Assembly: GCA_030390025.1 (NCBI GenBank)
Contig: CM059432.1
Location: forward strand, 41,914,001-41,978,000
Reading direction: 5' to 3'
DNA from: Squalus acanthias
Taxonomy: Eukaryota
Length of the DNA stretch: 64,000 nt
Numbering within the stretch: position 1 is the first letter of the stretch; every line of letters begins with the position of its first letter. Positions 1 through 12,824 of this stretch are shown here, piece by piece. The position numbers were made by a program, and so were the translations under genes. Below the pieces are notes generated by a model. It searched no databases. It saw nothing but the letters and a program-made list of their open reading frames with translations, and was not told where the DNA came from.

Positions 1-420
1 GAAGTGCGAGGCTCCAGGAGCTGCGGTGTGTCGGGGTTTTTCGCGGCAACGCTCTCCACCGCGATACTCTTCTTGCCGTTGGATTTTGCGCAGTGTTGTA
101 GCCCAGTGATAGTCACCGCAGAGTGATGTGTGGTCCATGAGGGTGAAGCTGGGTTTTGTAAAGGTGCCCGTGTGTATGCGCCCGATTCTCCCCACCCAAC
201 CCATACACTCGGGTTTCATTCTTACAGACGTTACCCCCGCCCCTCCCCGGTTGGAGTTGAATTGGACTTTGGACTCACTTGCCTCAGCAAACGTGATCTG
301 TATTTATGAAAGGAATGACTACAAATTTGGCGGGGGGCGGGGGGGGGCCAAGTGACATTTTACGCGAGGGACGGTTGAACTATAGGTTTGTTTCTTCGGC
401 CGATCAGATCGTGTCAGTTT
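1..420 (+). promoter_or_regulatory. CpG-rich 5' end / probable first non-coding exon region of the RBM12B-type gene
   Basis: CpG-dense, GC-rich stretch in an AT-rich context. Begins with GAAGTG (possible end of an ETS-type GGAAGTG motif) and has a GGGGCGGG GC box near 333. Lies about 4 kb upstream of the CDS exon. The exon-1 donor was not determined. Confidence 0.5.
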
Positions 421-724
421 GAACAGTGACCGATAAGGTAGTCAAAAAAAGCACTTCATTACTTATCAACGGAGCTGCCAGTGTGGTTTTCTTGCAAATT
501 TTCCAACCAAATGATTGTTACCTGGATCATAAATTGTCTTTTAGAGGAAGAGGCACCATTGCACATTGAATTACATCGTCTTCTGGCCTTTTGGCAATTC
601 AACTTCTAATGACTGAAAGGAATGTGAACGTTTGGAGCTCTAATTTTACAGTCCGGATTTTGAATTGTCAAGCCGATGTATCGTTTCTGCTTTACTTCCT
701 TTTTATCATCTACTGCTTTACCCG

Positions 725-936
725 GCGCTAAGCTCTGGAATTCCCTCCCTAAACCTCTGCGCCCCCCGGCCCCCCCCCCTTAAGATGCTCCTTAAAACCT
801 ACCTCTTTGACCAAGCTTTTGGTCATATGCCCTAATATCTCCTTATGTGGCTTGGTGTCAAATTTTGTTTAATAATGCTCCTGTGAAGCGCCTTGAGATG
901 TTTTATATTAAAGGCGCTATATAAATGCAAGTTGTT
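725..936 (+). mobile_element. L2-clade LINE 3' end fragment
   Basis: ctctggaattccctccctaaacc...aaaggcgctatataaatgcaagttgtt. The same 3' end terminates the RT-bearing L2 copies at 55524-55857 (+) and 59235-60125 (-). Confidence 0.8.
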
Positions 937-1287
937 TCGGAAGAGTTTCGTGCTTGTATCCGATTTCCACTTGTTTCTGTTAACATTTGGGTTTTGTTTT
1001 GAGTGAACATTCATTATTATGCCTAGACCAGATGAACTATGAGTTTAACATCTTTGAAGATGTTTATCAACTTCTAAAGAAGCACTTTGCAAATTATGTT
1101 ATCATGGGCAACATATATATGTGGGGAACTCATGTTCTTCAATTTGGCAAAACTGTGTCTCACGTGGATGGAAGATTTTTTTTTTTCATTCTCCCATAAA
1201 GGAAAAAGACCACATCGGTTTAAAAATATTTGTTAGGACTAGGTGGCACCACCAAAGCTTGCAAAAAAAAATACAAAACAACATAAG

Positions 1288-1710
1288 AGGCCCCTATCAC
1301 ATTTTTTATCCACACTTTTTGTTTGGCCTTTTTTTCTTCCCTCCCACATGGCAGCTGTCCTTCATTCTGCCAGCGCAATTCACACTTCATCTAGAGCCAT
1401 CCTTTGTTCCTTAACCTGTCACATTACCACCTCCTCTTGCCTTGAATATCTCTTAATGTCTCTTAATCTCTCCTGCTTTCTATCCTATCACTGACCTTCC
1501 CTTTTGTTCTTTCATCCCCTCCCCCATTTCCCAGCCCCTAAACCTGCTTTAAAATCTATTCCATTTCCTGCTTTTTTCCAGTTCTGAGGAAAGGTCTTTG
1601 ACCTGAAACGTTAACTCTGTTTCTCTCTCCACGGATGCTGCCTGGCCTGCTGAGTTTTTCCAGCTTTTTCTGTTATTTCGGATTTCCAGCATCCGCAGTA
1701 TTTTGCTATT
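1288..1710 (+). mobile_element. Penelope-like element terminal repeat (pLTR/3' UTR) fragment in an RBM12B 5'-UTR intron
   Basis: Colinear with 40690-41089, which directly follows a GIY-YIG ORF. Contains the hammerhead motif. Confidence 0.85.
1580..1616 (+). ncRNA. Minimal type I hammerhead ribozyme motif (PLE-derived)
   Basis: AGUU-CUGAGGA-A-AGGUC-UUU-GACCU-GAAA-CGUU-AACU: stem I AGUU/AACU, stem II AGGUC/GACCU, palindromic stem III ACGU, predicted cleavage after GUU. Confidence 0.8.
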
Positions 1711-1957
1711 GTAGGCTAATTATCTTGATGTGTTCAGTCAATCCAGATTTCTTTTGAATTTTAAATTGGTTTTGGTAATACAGTTTTAATACGAAATGTG
1801 TGAACACATCCAAGAATTTGCTCTATTAAAATGTTTCTAATCTATATAAGGTTTGTTCAATTCCAGTTGGTTGAAATTCTTCTTTTGAGAATCCCAACAT
1901 TATCTTGATTCTAATTGCTTGTTACAGGTTTGACCTTGTTCAATTATTTTTTTGCAG

Positions 1958-2025
1958 TCTGTAAAGTTGGTTTTAACACTTGTCCGAGTGGTCTTCTGCT
2001 TCTTAAAGGAAACTTCCTTTTACAG
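1958..2025 (+). other. Candidate 68-nt 5'-UTR exon of the RBM12B-type gene
   Basis: Polypyrimidine acceptor ttttttttgcag ending at 1957 and a consensus donor CAG|gtaagt at 2025/2026. It lies between the CpG-rich 5' end and the coding exon. Confidence 0.55.
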
Positions 2026-4067
2026 GTAAGTGTCTTGCGGATGGTAGATGACTCAAACTCCCCTCCTAACTGGGATAAAGCATCAATTTTTGTTATCGTC
2101 ACATAAACCTTCCAATGACACTTGTTTTTGATTTTTTTTTAATGGAAATTTTATGGTCAGTTATGAAGTGACAATCCTGAACTTGCCTTTAAAGATTTGT
2201 CATTTTGAAAGTAGCTGTGTATGGGTAGGAACTTATCGTTGTGCACATCCAGCTACAGAGCACTCTCATTTCCTTTGCATCACAAGTTCCATGTTTTTTT
2301 CAAGCAGGGTTTCTTTACATAGTGAGGCAATAACCAGGAAATATGCAGTTTCACTGTTTTCTAAATACATTGAGAATTTCTGCTATATCAAATATATTTC
2401 ATAATGCAGGGATAGAATTTAACTTTGTATCTAGCAACATTTTTGGGGGGTTTCTTTTCCTGCTTACCTGAAAACAGAAATATTTGTTTGCCAGCAAAAC
2501 TTTGGTGAATCTGACCTTTTGATTCTTAGAATTTGAGTTGCTTTGCCTTTTTACTACTATTTAATCCAACATATGGGAGTAATCTAGGATTCTGCCCAAA
2601 GTGCATTCTGGGTTTTTGTTTTTGCAATCGTTGTCAGGCAAAAAACTAAAATTATAATGGAATACAGGTAGGATTGATAATTTAATTCTACCAGCTCATC
2701 GCTGTCTTTTTAGCTTCATTTTAGAAACCTGTGCAAATTATACCTATTCCCCGTGTTGCTAATTTTGTGGTGCTAATTTTGCAGTTCTACTGTCTCTAGA
2801 TCAGGAATCTGTTATCTCTTGAGTAGATAGTGAAGGTCTGCATGGTCCATTCAGGGCAGGTCAAAAATTGACACATTTCAGAGCTCAAAAATTTCACTTT
2901 CTTTTTGTTCAAAGTATTTTGGGGCAAATAATCATCAAAAGTCAAACTTAAGGACAATAACTTCAAAAGGATTAAGGTTTGAGTAATTCAAAAAGTAATT
3001 AAATATTCTAGATGTGAGAAATACAAATTCTATTGTCAACTGAACTTACCTTGGAGTTGCTACAGAATCCAATCTACAGTATCTGATATTTTCACTAAAA
3101 CATTACTATTGTGATCTACCTGAACGAGCCATCCATTAAACCTAATAATTTGTTTGAGGGTTGCTGAATCATGTGCGTTAGTGGACTTCTCAATGCCTGG
3201 AATTATTTAAGACATTTTGAAAATGGCATAGTTACGGATTTTACAATTGTGGTGTTGCTTTATATCTGATTTTGTTTGGTTCACGCAGAGTTAGAGGATT
3301 ATTTGAAGGAAAAAAATCAGGTTACTGGCTTGACATTGCTTCCTGTGTGCAATAAGTAGGATTGTGCCCACCACTAGTGTGAAGTTCATTGGTAGGGGTG
3401 GACTACAATGTGGGATAAAAGCTGTGATGGACTCTCTAAATTGAGGGCCTAGGGTGCAGTTGGTAAATTAAGGTCATATTTTGTTTTATGTCTAATCAGT
3501 GGAATTTTAAATCATGGGTCCTTTTTATAATCCTTGTTTGGAGAAGGAAGAATGCAGTGGTAGTAAGCTGCACTTGGCTCGACAGCAGTTTTGATGTGCT
3601 ATTGGTGTGCGAATGAAACTCTGAGCAATTTGATCGATCACATTATTTCAGGATGAATTGCATTCCACTGAGGTACTACTGCTGAATTACAATACTTCTC
3701 ATCATATCAATTTTTTTCACATTAAATACAATTTCAATTGTTTATCAGACTTTGAGGAAAACTGATGTGGCATGGCGGACATCTTCAGAATTTTCAAAAA
3801 CAACTCCAGTGCATTTGGTGGTGTTTAGTGAGTTGGGAGCTTTTGAGATTTGATGGTTATATTTTTGAAGTGATAACTCAATATTAAAAAAAATCCTATT
3901 TTGTGCAAAGTAAGAAGAATCTGCTTTATTCTTAAAATGAGCATTTCTGACTTATTTATATTGTATTTGGAAGTTAATGAAGTATCCAGAACCTTTTGAA
4001 ATAATTTGATGTCATCCTGTGTGCCTTTCTTGCCTGCAGGTGACTTTTTCTATTGATAGAGCTCAGC

Positions 4068-6290
4068 ATGGCTGTGGTCATCCGCTTGCAGGGGCTCCCA
4101 GTTTCTGCAGGAACCTTGGATATTCGTCACTTCTTCTCTAGATTAACCATTCCTGATGGAGGGGTGCACATTATTGGTGGTGAACTGGGAGAGGCATTCA
4201 TTGTATTTGCCACAGATGAAGATGCACGGCTTGCTTTGATGAGGTCGGGTGAAATTCTTAAAGGGAACAGAGCAAAGCTAACACTAAGTAGCAGAAATGA
4301 AATGCAGAATACAATTGAAATGAGTCGTAAGCGATATGCACGCTCGAGTGGAGAAATGTCCAGTTCTAGAAGGTCGGGATCCAGCAGTTCTGGCACAGGT
4401 GGGTTAGGTAGCATACCTTCTACACTAGCTGCAAACTTAGTTGCAGCTATGCAACATGGAATTAATACGGGTGCATTTCATCCCAGTGAAATTGGAAGTT
4501 CCGATATGAACAACTATGGCTCTCGCATGGATCCCATGATGAGTGGTAATATGTCCACAATGGCTTTATCTTCTCCACAGGACATTCCAGTTACTCCTGC
4601 TTCCTCCATGTCTACATTCTTTGGAATGTCTTCTAGAGCAATGAGTGGTAGTTTGGATAAATTTAATGGCTCTGGGTCAATGGATCCCTCTGCTGATACA
4701 GTTTATAATCAAATGAGAGAACGAGGAGCATCTTTTAATTCTGATGATGTTTACTTGCGTCTGCATGGCATGCCGTATTCTGCAAGAGAACTGCAAGTAA
4801 GAGAATTCTTCCACAGTTTACAAGTTGAAGCAGTTCATCTAACAAAGGATTATCGGGGTCTGAATAATGGAGAGGGTTTTGTTCGGTTTGCCAGTGCTTG
4901 GGATGCAGCTGAAGGACTAAAACGTCACAAAAAATACATGGGGCAGAGATTTGTAGAGGTGTATCGAGCTACAGAGCTGGAGTGGGTTTCCGGGGGAACT
5001 GATTTGTTTATAGAAGATAGGCATTCAGATCTAAGCCGAGGAAATCGAGGTCGCTCCCCTCCTCGTGAAGGGAAATATTTCCATTCTCGAACTCGATCAA
5101 GATCACCTCGAAGGCGCCGATCGCGATCTCATTCCCCTCGTGATCAAGATTATTGCGTGCAGCTGAAAAATATGCCCTATGGCATCTCAAAAAAAGATGT
5201 ACGGAATTTCTTTGATGAGCTGAACATAGCAGATGACCAGATTTACCTTGTATGTGACTTCTATGGTAAAAGTACAAAGGAAGGTTTTGTGAAGTTTAAA
5301 AACTCTGCCGAGCATCGTAAAGCTCTAAAGTACCATAAGGTATGCATTGGAAACCGTGCAATTTATGTTTATCCCATTGCTAAAAAAACCATGTTAGAGT
5401 TGATAGACACTGTTAAGAAGCAAAGATCGAGAGAAAGATCTACCTATAAAATTGAAGAAAAAAGATACCAGTCAAGAGAAGAGGATCATTCCTCATCAAG
5501 ATTATATATTTATGTTCGTAACCTTCCATTTGATATCTCCAAATCTGAGATCCATAAATTCTTTGAGGGATTTGGTGTGGCTGATTATGGGATCCACATA
5601 CTTGTTGATAGTAATGGCATTGGACTAGGAGAGGCTCTGGTCAAGTTCAAGTCTGAGGATGAAGTACTAAGGGCTGAGTGCTTGTATGGTAAAAAGCTTG
5701 GAGGAAGAGAAGTTTTGCTAAAGCTGGTTACTTCAGAAGAGGTGCTTGAACTCGGTTTCGGTTCTGTGCATGAAAGAACCAAAGGTCAAAAGGAGCGTGA
5801 CTATTTTGGTTCATATGGTAGTGGTGGTGATCACTCATTATCTCTTGATATGCATGAATTAGCTGAGCCTTTCTTTGAACCTCATGGTAGTTTGGGTTCT
5901 GTATCCTCCATGCAAGGACCAAGGTATGGCCAAGAAGAAGGACTTTATGGAGGGTTTGACGCTGGAAGCAGCAATTTTGGAGGCTACAGTGGAGGGGGAT
6001 TTGGATCTGGATTTGATTCAGGCTACCAAGGTAATATGGGAATGTCCAGTGGCATGGCTGTTGTGAAGGCTTTCAACCTGCCTTTCAAAATCTCGGTTGA
6101 TGAAATACTGGACTTCTTCTATGGCTATCGTGTTATTCCAGATTCTGTCACTGTACGGTACAATGACAAGGGATTACCAGCAGGCGATGCTGTAATTACA
6201 TTTGAAACAGTTGATGAAGCAATGGCTGCTGTTCGGGAACTGAATGAGAAACCGATTGGAAAAAGGAATGTCAAACTAAGTTTGCTTTAA
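4068..6290 (+). CDS. RBM12B: RNA-binding motif protein 12B-like (RBM12 family, five RRMs, RS-rich linker), single coding exon, 740 aa
   Basis: Starts MAVVIRLQGLP...DIRHFF..LTIPDGGVHIIGGELGEAFIVFATDEDAR, the RBM12/12B N-terminal RRM. Has RSRSPRRRRSRSHSP after RRM2 and a C-terminal RRM NLPFKISVDEILDFFYGY...IGKRNVKLSLL. Acceptor tgcctgcag at 4039. The convergent CIBAR1 neighbour matches known RBM12B synteny. Confidence 0.9.
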   Translation: MAVVIRLQGLPVSAGTLDIRHFFSRLTIPDGGVHIIGGELGEAFIVFATDEDARLALMRSGEILKGNRAKLTLSSRNEMQNTIEMSRKRYARSSGEMSSSRRSGSSSSGTGGLGSIPSTLAANLVAAMQHGINTGAFHPSEIGSSDMNNYGSRMDPMMSGNMSTMALSSPQDIPVTPASSMSTFFGMSSRAMSGSLDKFNGSGSMDPSADTVYNQMRERGASFNSDDVYLRLHGMPYSARELQVREFFHSLQVEAVHLTKDYRGLNNGEGFVRFASAWDAAEGLKRHKKYMGQRFVEVYRATELEWVSGGTDLFIEDRHSDLSRGNRGRSPPREGKYFHSRTRSRSPRRRRSRSHSPRDQDYCVQLKNMPYGISKKDVRNFFDELNIADDQIYLVCDFYGKSTKEGFVKFKNSAEHRKALKYHKVCIGNRAIYVYPIAKKTMLELIDTVKKQRSRERSTYKIEEKRYQSREEDHSSSRLYIYVRNLPFDISKSEIHKFFEGFGVADYGIHILVDSNGIGLGEALVKFKSEDEVLRAECLYGKKLGGREVLLKLVTSEEVLELGFGSVHERTKGQKERDYFGSYGSGGDHSLSLDMHELAEPFFEPHGSLGSVSSMQGPRYGQEEGLYGGFDAGSSNFGGYSGGGFGSGFDSGYQGNMGMSSGMAVVKAFNLPFKISVDEILDFFYGYRVIPDSVTVRYNDKGLPAGDAVITFETVDEAMAAVRELNEKPIGKRNVKLSLL

Positions 6291-8279
6291 GTACAGTGGA
6301 ACCTGCATTTTAATTTTTAATGAACAAATTTTAGATTCTCTGAAGTAAAAGACAGTTACTATCTGGCCACTGCTTCCGCTGAACTGAATATATAACTTAA
6401 TTGAGTTGTTGTCATTTGTGACTTTCGGGCAAACATGATTCCTGTTGAAATTGGTTTTTGTTTTAAGTGTTACCAGAAAATAGTTAGCTCTAGTTTACTG
6501 CTTTGGGGTATATTATATTTTGTCTTAACTCAATTGATATAGTTTACAAGATTGTATTCTAACTTTGTTCAGTTTCTTGATTTGATAGGGTTTGAAAGTT
6601 AAATGCTGTTGTCGTCTAGATGGTTTGAAAGTAAACTTGAGTAGTTGAACTTCAGCATGCAGAAGTTCTGCATTAACTTTATTTTTTCACTGTAAAAGGA
6701 TGATTGAGTGAAACCTTTTAAACTACTCGATATCCTGTATAATATTGTGTGTAACTTTTTTTAACTGATGATTTTTTTTTCATTTACCCCAATTCTATTT
6801 AAGGAAACTAGTGGTCATGAGGTAGACTTGTGCTGACCAAATTTTGCTCTGAACATAGTGATGTGCACAATAGAAGTGAACACATACTTTTCCAATAAGC
6901 AAAAATTGGCTTGGAAGTGTACATGCATTGTTGCAATAAGCAAAATCCAGCCTAGGTCAGCAGGTAGAAGTTATTAGACCACAGGGAAACCAATTGACCT
7001 GATAGCATTACAAAAATTAAAATTTTATTTACCCCTTACATAAGTGTCTATTGAAGGAACATTTTCTTAAAATGACATTACAGGTTTCTGAATAAGACGC
7101 AACTTACTTGATGCTCAAAGAGTGGATTTTTGTTCAGTCTCTTGTCAAATGGGGGTATTCATGTTACAGAAGGATAATCAAAAGAAAGTTGCAACATATT
7201 CCCATTTGTTAAAAACATAGGAAGTTATTTACAAAATGCCTGTTTAAGGTTCTGGAGTATGGCAGTGCAATTCCATACCTAAATATTTGAATGCATACGT
7301 GGTCCAGAGTTACCCTCTCTTTAAATGTACCGAATTTGTCCAGTTTGATCCTTGTCAAGAATGACATCAGGAATTTGATTTTGCATTTGTAGGCCTGTTA
7401 ACTTTTAATTAAAAATCTTATATCTTCAAAGCATTTGTGTTTGTTGGAATACATACATTCTGTTGTGTTTGACGGTTAAGACAACTACTTGTCGTTCTGC
7501 AGTAAGCATTTTTCTTTGTAATAGCAAATGCTTGTCATGTCTGAGAATATACTTAAAAGCCATTTAAATGTTTTTTTGTGAAGATCTTACTAAAGATGTC
7601 TGTTTTTATCTGCGATTTATTCTGCATAAGTTTTCTGCTTCATAGTTACCCTCCAAAATGGAACAGTTAACGTACTATGCATTTTCTGATGGGGTTGGGG
7701 GGATATATAGTGCTATTGAAGCACCTAACTTAAGACCCTAGCTAAGTATGAGATTTTCATCTCACAAGCCAATCTATATGGATGTGAAGTGAGCTGACAG
7801 GCATTTCTTGCTAGGCCAGAATATCAAGCTCCGAATAGTTTCTGTTTAAGTTATGGAACACAGCACCACAATCTTAAATTCCAACTACAGGTTTTAAAAG
7901 TTGACACGAGCAGGAAAAACTAGTTTCAAAAGTAATGCCTTCTCTCTGATTACAACCTTTTTGCCCTTGAGGAAGATCAGTGACAACTGGTGTCAGGAAA
8001 CCAACTGCTAGCTCAAATGCAGTGAAGAGTGTTCAAATATAGCTTGGTTGAATTAAAATGTGTATGTATATTTTTATATTGGGTCATCTTGCTGTTGGGT
8101 GATGCCAGAATAATCAGCGATGCTTAGCCATATTTCTTAATGTAGGTTGAAACAAAAAAGTATTCCATCATTTTTGCTAAACAGAGTGAGAATGAGTGAC
8201 ATAAGAACATTTTGGGGCTACAAATGGCCTTTTTTTCATGACAAACTTGGTAGTCTTTTTTATAGAAGTTAGTTTTTTT

Positions 8280-10220
8280 TTAATCATTCTTCGGGATATG
8301 GGTGTTAAGGCTGGCATTTATTTCTCATCCCTAGTTGCCCTTGAGAAGGTGGTGGTGGTGGGCTGCTGCCTTAAGTTGCTGCAGTAAGATATCCTCACAA
8401 TGTTATGTAGGGAGTTACATGATTTTGACCCAGTGACGATAAAGGACGATGATATATGTCCAAGTCAGGATGGTATGTGACTTGGAGGTGATGGTGTTCC
8501 CAAGCACCTGCTGCTCTTGTGCTTCTAGATGATGGAGGTCGTTGGTTTGGAGGGTGCTGCGGGCAAAGCCTTGGCAACTTGCTGTAGTGCATCGTAGATT
8601 GTACACACGGCAGCCATGGTATGCCAGTGACGTAGGAATGGTTGTTTGTGGATGGGATGCCGATCAAGCGGACTGCTTTGTCCTGGCTGCAGCCAGGCTT
8701 TTTGAATGCTGTTGCAGCTGTACCCAACCAGGCAAGTGGAGAGTATGCCATCGCGTTCCTGACTTGTGCCTTTGTAGGTGGAGACTTTGGGGAGTCAGAA
8801 AGTGAGCCACTTGCCGCAGAATACCTGGCCTCTGACTTGCTCTAGTAGCCACAGCATTTATGTGGCTGTTCCCATTGAGTTTCTGGTCAATGGTGACCCC
8901 AAGGATGGTGGGGGACTTGGCGATGGTAAAGCCATTGAATGTCAACGAGAGGTGGTTGGGCTCGCTCTTTGGAAATGGTCATTGCCTGGCACTTGTGTGG
9001 TGTGAATGTTACTTGCCCTTTATCATCGCAAGCCTGGATGTTGTCCAGGTCTTTTTGCATGTTGGCATGGACTGCTTCATTATCTGAGGAATTGCAAACA
9101 GAGCTGAACACTGCAATTACCAGCAAACAGCCCCACTTCTGACCTTTATGATGGAGGGAAGGTCATCGATGGAGCAGATAGTAGGGCTTAGGGTGTTGCC
9201 TTGAGAAACTCCTGCAGCAATGTCCTGGGTGACATGATTGACCTCCAACAACCATCTTCCTTTGTGCCAAATACGATTCCAGCCACTAGAGAGTTTTTTG
9301 CCCTAATCCCATTGACTTCACTTTTACTAGGGCTCCTTGGTGCCACACTCGGTCAATGATGCCTTGAAGTGAAGGGCAGTCATTCTGACCTCACCTCTGG
9401 AATTCAGCTCTTGCTTCCATATTTTGATCAAAGTTGTAACTAGGTCTGGAGTCGAATAGTCCTGGTGGAACCCAAACTGAGCAGGTTATTGGTGAGTTAG
9501 TGCCGCCTGATAGCACAGTTAATGACCCCTTCCATCACTTTGCTTATTGGGCGTAGGCTGATGGGGCGATAATTGGCTGTGTTGGATTTGTCCTGCTTTT
9601 GTGGACAGGGCATACCTGGGCAATTATCACATTGTCAGGTTGATACCGGTGTTGCTATACTGGAACAGCTTGGCTAGTTCTGGAGCACAGGTCTTTAGCA
9701 CCACATCTGAGATGTTGTCAGTGCCCATAGCCTTTGCTGTTTCCAGTGCACTCAGCTGTTTCTTGATGTTACGTGGAGTGAATTGAATTGGCTGAAGACT
9801 GACATCTGTGATGGTGGTGACCTCTGGAGGAGGCCAAGAGTATCATCCACTTGGTAGTTCTGACAGAAAATGGTTGCAAATGCTTCAGTTGTCTTTTGAA
9901 CTCGTGTGCTGGGCTCTGCCATGGTTGTGGATGTTAATAGAGGCTCCTCCTTGCATTAGTTGCTTAATTGTCCACCATTCACGACTGGGTGTGGCAGGGT
10001 TGCAGAGCTTTAACCTGATCCATTCATTGTGGGGATGCTTATCTCTGTCTATAGCATGCTGCTTTTGTTTAACATGCATGTAGTCCTGTGTTGTAGCTTC
10101 ATAAGTTTAACATTTCATTTTCAGGTATGCCTGATGCTGCTCTCAGCATGTTCTTCTACAGTCCTCATTGAACCAGGGTTGGTCACCTACCTTGTTGGAG
10201 TGAGGGATATGCAGGGCCAT
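8280..10220 (-). mobile_element. Degenerate, 5'-truncated copy of the SINE-headed APE-RT LINE family
   Basis: Minus-strand ORF pieces (MTFNGFTIAKSPTILGVTIDQKL; SSDNEAVHANMQKDLDNIQA; SREWWTIKQL) match the ORF at 37532-39490. Confidence 0.85.
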
Positions 10221-12824
10221 GTAATCTTTATACAAAATTTAGTCACACAAGCGCAACTTAAATTTAGGTGGTTTTGATGGGAAAAGGCATAAGAGTCTTT
10301 TCATTAAATTGATGCTGAAAATAGAGATTTTAGGGGATGATGCTGCAAACAACACCTAGTTACATTCACATTTTAGTGGTTTTTTAAAAAAGCCTTTAAA
10401 TGGATTTTGTTAATGTTGTTCTCCACTCAAATCTAATAAATTATGAATATCTTGCCCTGCTGACCAATTACTTTTAATTAAAATTTTTAAAAAGGCACAG
10501 GCCAATCAAGTTTCATTAATTTTGGATACAACCTCTCTTTTCAAAAGTTAGCCTAGCTCACTGGGATGATTTTAAAGAAAATTGGCATGAGGACATTTTA
10601 GTACATCATAACTTTTTTCTTAAATTGGCAGAGAGAATTTCATCCCTCTATGTTGGTTTGTGATCTGTCTTGGATAACAAAGTTCACTCTAAACATAGGT
10701 TAGGGCCTCATGGAGCTTATGATTTCCTTCAAGGGGTTGAAGAGGAATTTTTGACTAGTATACTGAATTCACTACAGGTCTCTGTGGAAGAGGGGAAGGA
10801 ACGGTGGGAAAGCAGAGAGAAGTCCAGTAATAAGTGGAACAAGTATGTATTGGCCTGAAGGTCGTTTCTTATCCTGAGTACATAACAAATTGGACATTTC
10901 TTCAGGAAAATGTAATTTTTGACCGGCTGCACAAACTTAATTCTGAATCGGTATTGTTTGCAAAATTATACATCCCAACATTCAGAACTTGCATCTGATT
11001 TGTTTTGTGCCAAGTAAGACAGGTTAGGTCATGTCTGGTCTTCCGACATTTTGAGCTAAACTATGAACATATAGCCTGTGCAGTCACCTACAAACTTAGT
11101 GCATTAATTAATCATCTTTGCTGATTGTGCAAATGCATGTACTCATGTTCAGAGTGTCTGTTGACACCACTGTTGGCCAATGAGTTGGAGGTGGGGCAGG
11201 ACTTGTGGCAAACAGTCTATTTTACAGCAAACAGACAAAGTCTTTTAAAAAGCGTCTCTACGAACTAGAGAATTCAGAACTTACAGCAACTTCTCCCAAT
11301 AAATGCAAGATGATTTCACCAGCAAAATGCCTGCGTGGAGGATAGTTGCATACAAATTATGTGTGTAAAATCAATCCCAGTCACTTAGAGTAATGTGGTC
11401 TCCAAGCGTGATTGATGGGGAAATTATCCATGTCCATTCTGGTCGGGAATAGTGGTGTCACTATATGCAGCCGTTGATGTTAGCCCCAAGGTGTGTCTCC
11501 CTTTAGGCCCCCCGCCCCAAATATCCTAACTGTGATAACTGCCCAGGTCTTCAGTGGAGTAGCAGAATGATTGTATTATATATCTGTGTGTGACATGCAT
11601 GTATTATATATATGGTCTTGGTAATGAAGGATAGTGCAATATGGACATTTGTTGGCAGTGCATTTATGAAACACGGTTATATTAATGGTGCCTGAACTCA
11701 GTTGGTACTCGGTTTTAGGACTAATTCTTGTCTAAAAATCATATGAAAGTGATAGTAAAACTGCAAGGTTTTTCTATATTGTGAAGTATACACATTGAAA
11801 TGCATTTGGGCAATCTCAGTGGATTTCTTATTGGGTGTGGGCTCCAAAAATTACCTAATTAAGCATTAATTGTCTTTTTTTAAGCGGCCATCGGATGACT
11901 GCTATAGAAATTGTCACACGGGGGGGGTTGCTCTTTTGAGGTTTGGAGCAGAATGAGGGTTTTAATCTGTAGCTAATCTTGCTTTATTTGACCTGGGAGT
12001 ACTTGATGCTGGGTGCCTGAAAAGGAGTATTCCATTTCCCAACACCAGCATAATTTAAATCTATTAGTACAGAATTTACAAAAAATAAGTCACGTGAATT
12101 GGTTCTGGAGAATTGTAGACCTGTTCGCTAAACGTGTGATGGGTTCGGTTTACTTTTTAATCAAAAAAGTAAGATTCTTTCAGAAGATATCACTATCTTT
12201 CACTGTTCATGTTCACACATTTTAAAGTAACTCAAATGATCCCCAATGTTTGTACTTAACATTTTTAATCAAAATATTTTACAAGTGGTTTAACTAGATT
12301 CATACATCGTGTAAAATACTGCACTTAAATCTTGATGGTTTAGTTAAGAATAAATGAAGTATAATTCTGGTGTAGGCTGCTTGTGTGTTTTTGTGTAGTC
12401 TAGTTCCGATATTAAAGGCTTCAATCATGGTAATTATCCCTGCGGTGGAACTAAAGGTCCAGTTAAGGATGCAATCTAGTGTACTACTATGTTTATTAAT
12501 TTAGTTTTGGTATTCCAAATTTGTTATTGACATTCTGAAACTATTCCCAATTCATGTAAAGCACCTTTCCACTATATATACTATAGCGCATAAAAAATAT
12601 ACAGGATGCACATTATCAATAGCGCAATTATTTAAAAATCTCCTGTTTTCTAGTCATATTTATCAGTTAATCCTTCTCATTGCCCTAAAGCTTGCTCTTC
12701 TGAAGTCAAGCATTTTTATGGTTTTTGTCTCGAGTGTATAAATCCCCATGATGATTTCTCTGTGGCTTCACTGTCTACCTATTTACCTTAGACTGAGGGT
12801 CGGTCGCTGTTACCACTTATTAAA

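Noticed and set aside
4053..4067. ORF-track start at 4053 (MIELS extension)
   Set aside because: It is a TTG. The conserved family start MAVVIRL is the ATG at 4068, in good Kozak context (agcATGg).
6291..12420. RBM12B polyadenylation site
   Set aside because: There are several ATTAAA/AATAAA candidates (about 7408, 8052, 10435, 12348), and one cannot be chosen from sequence alone.
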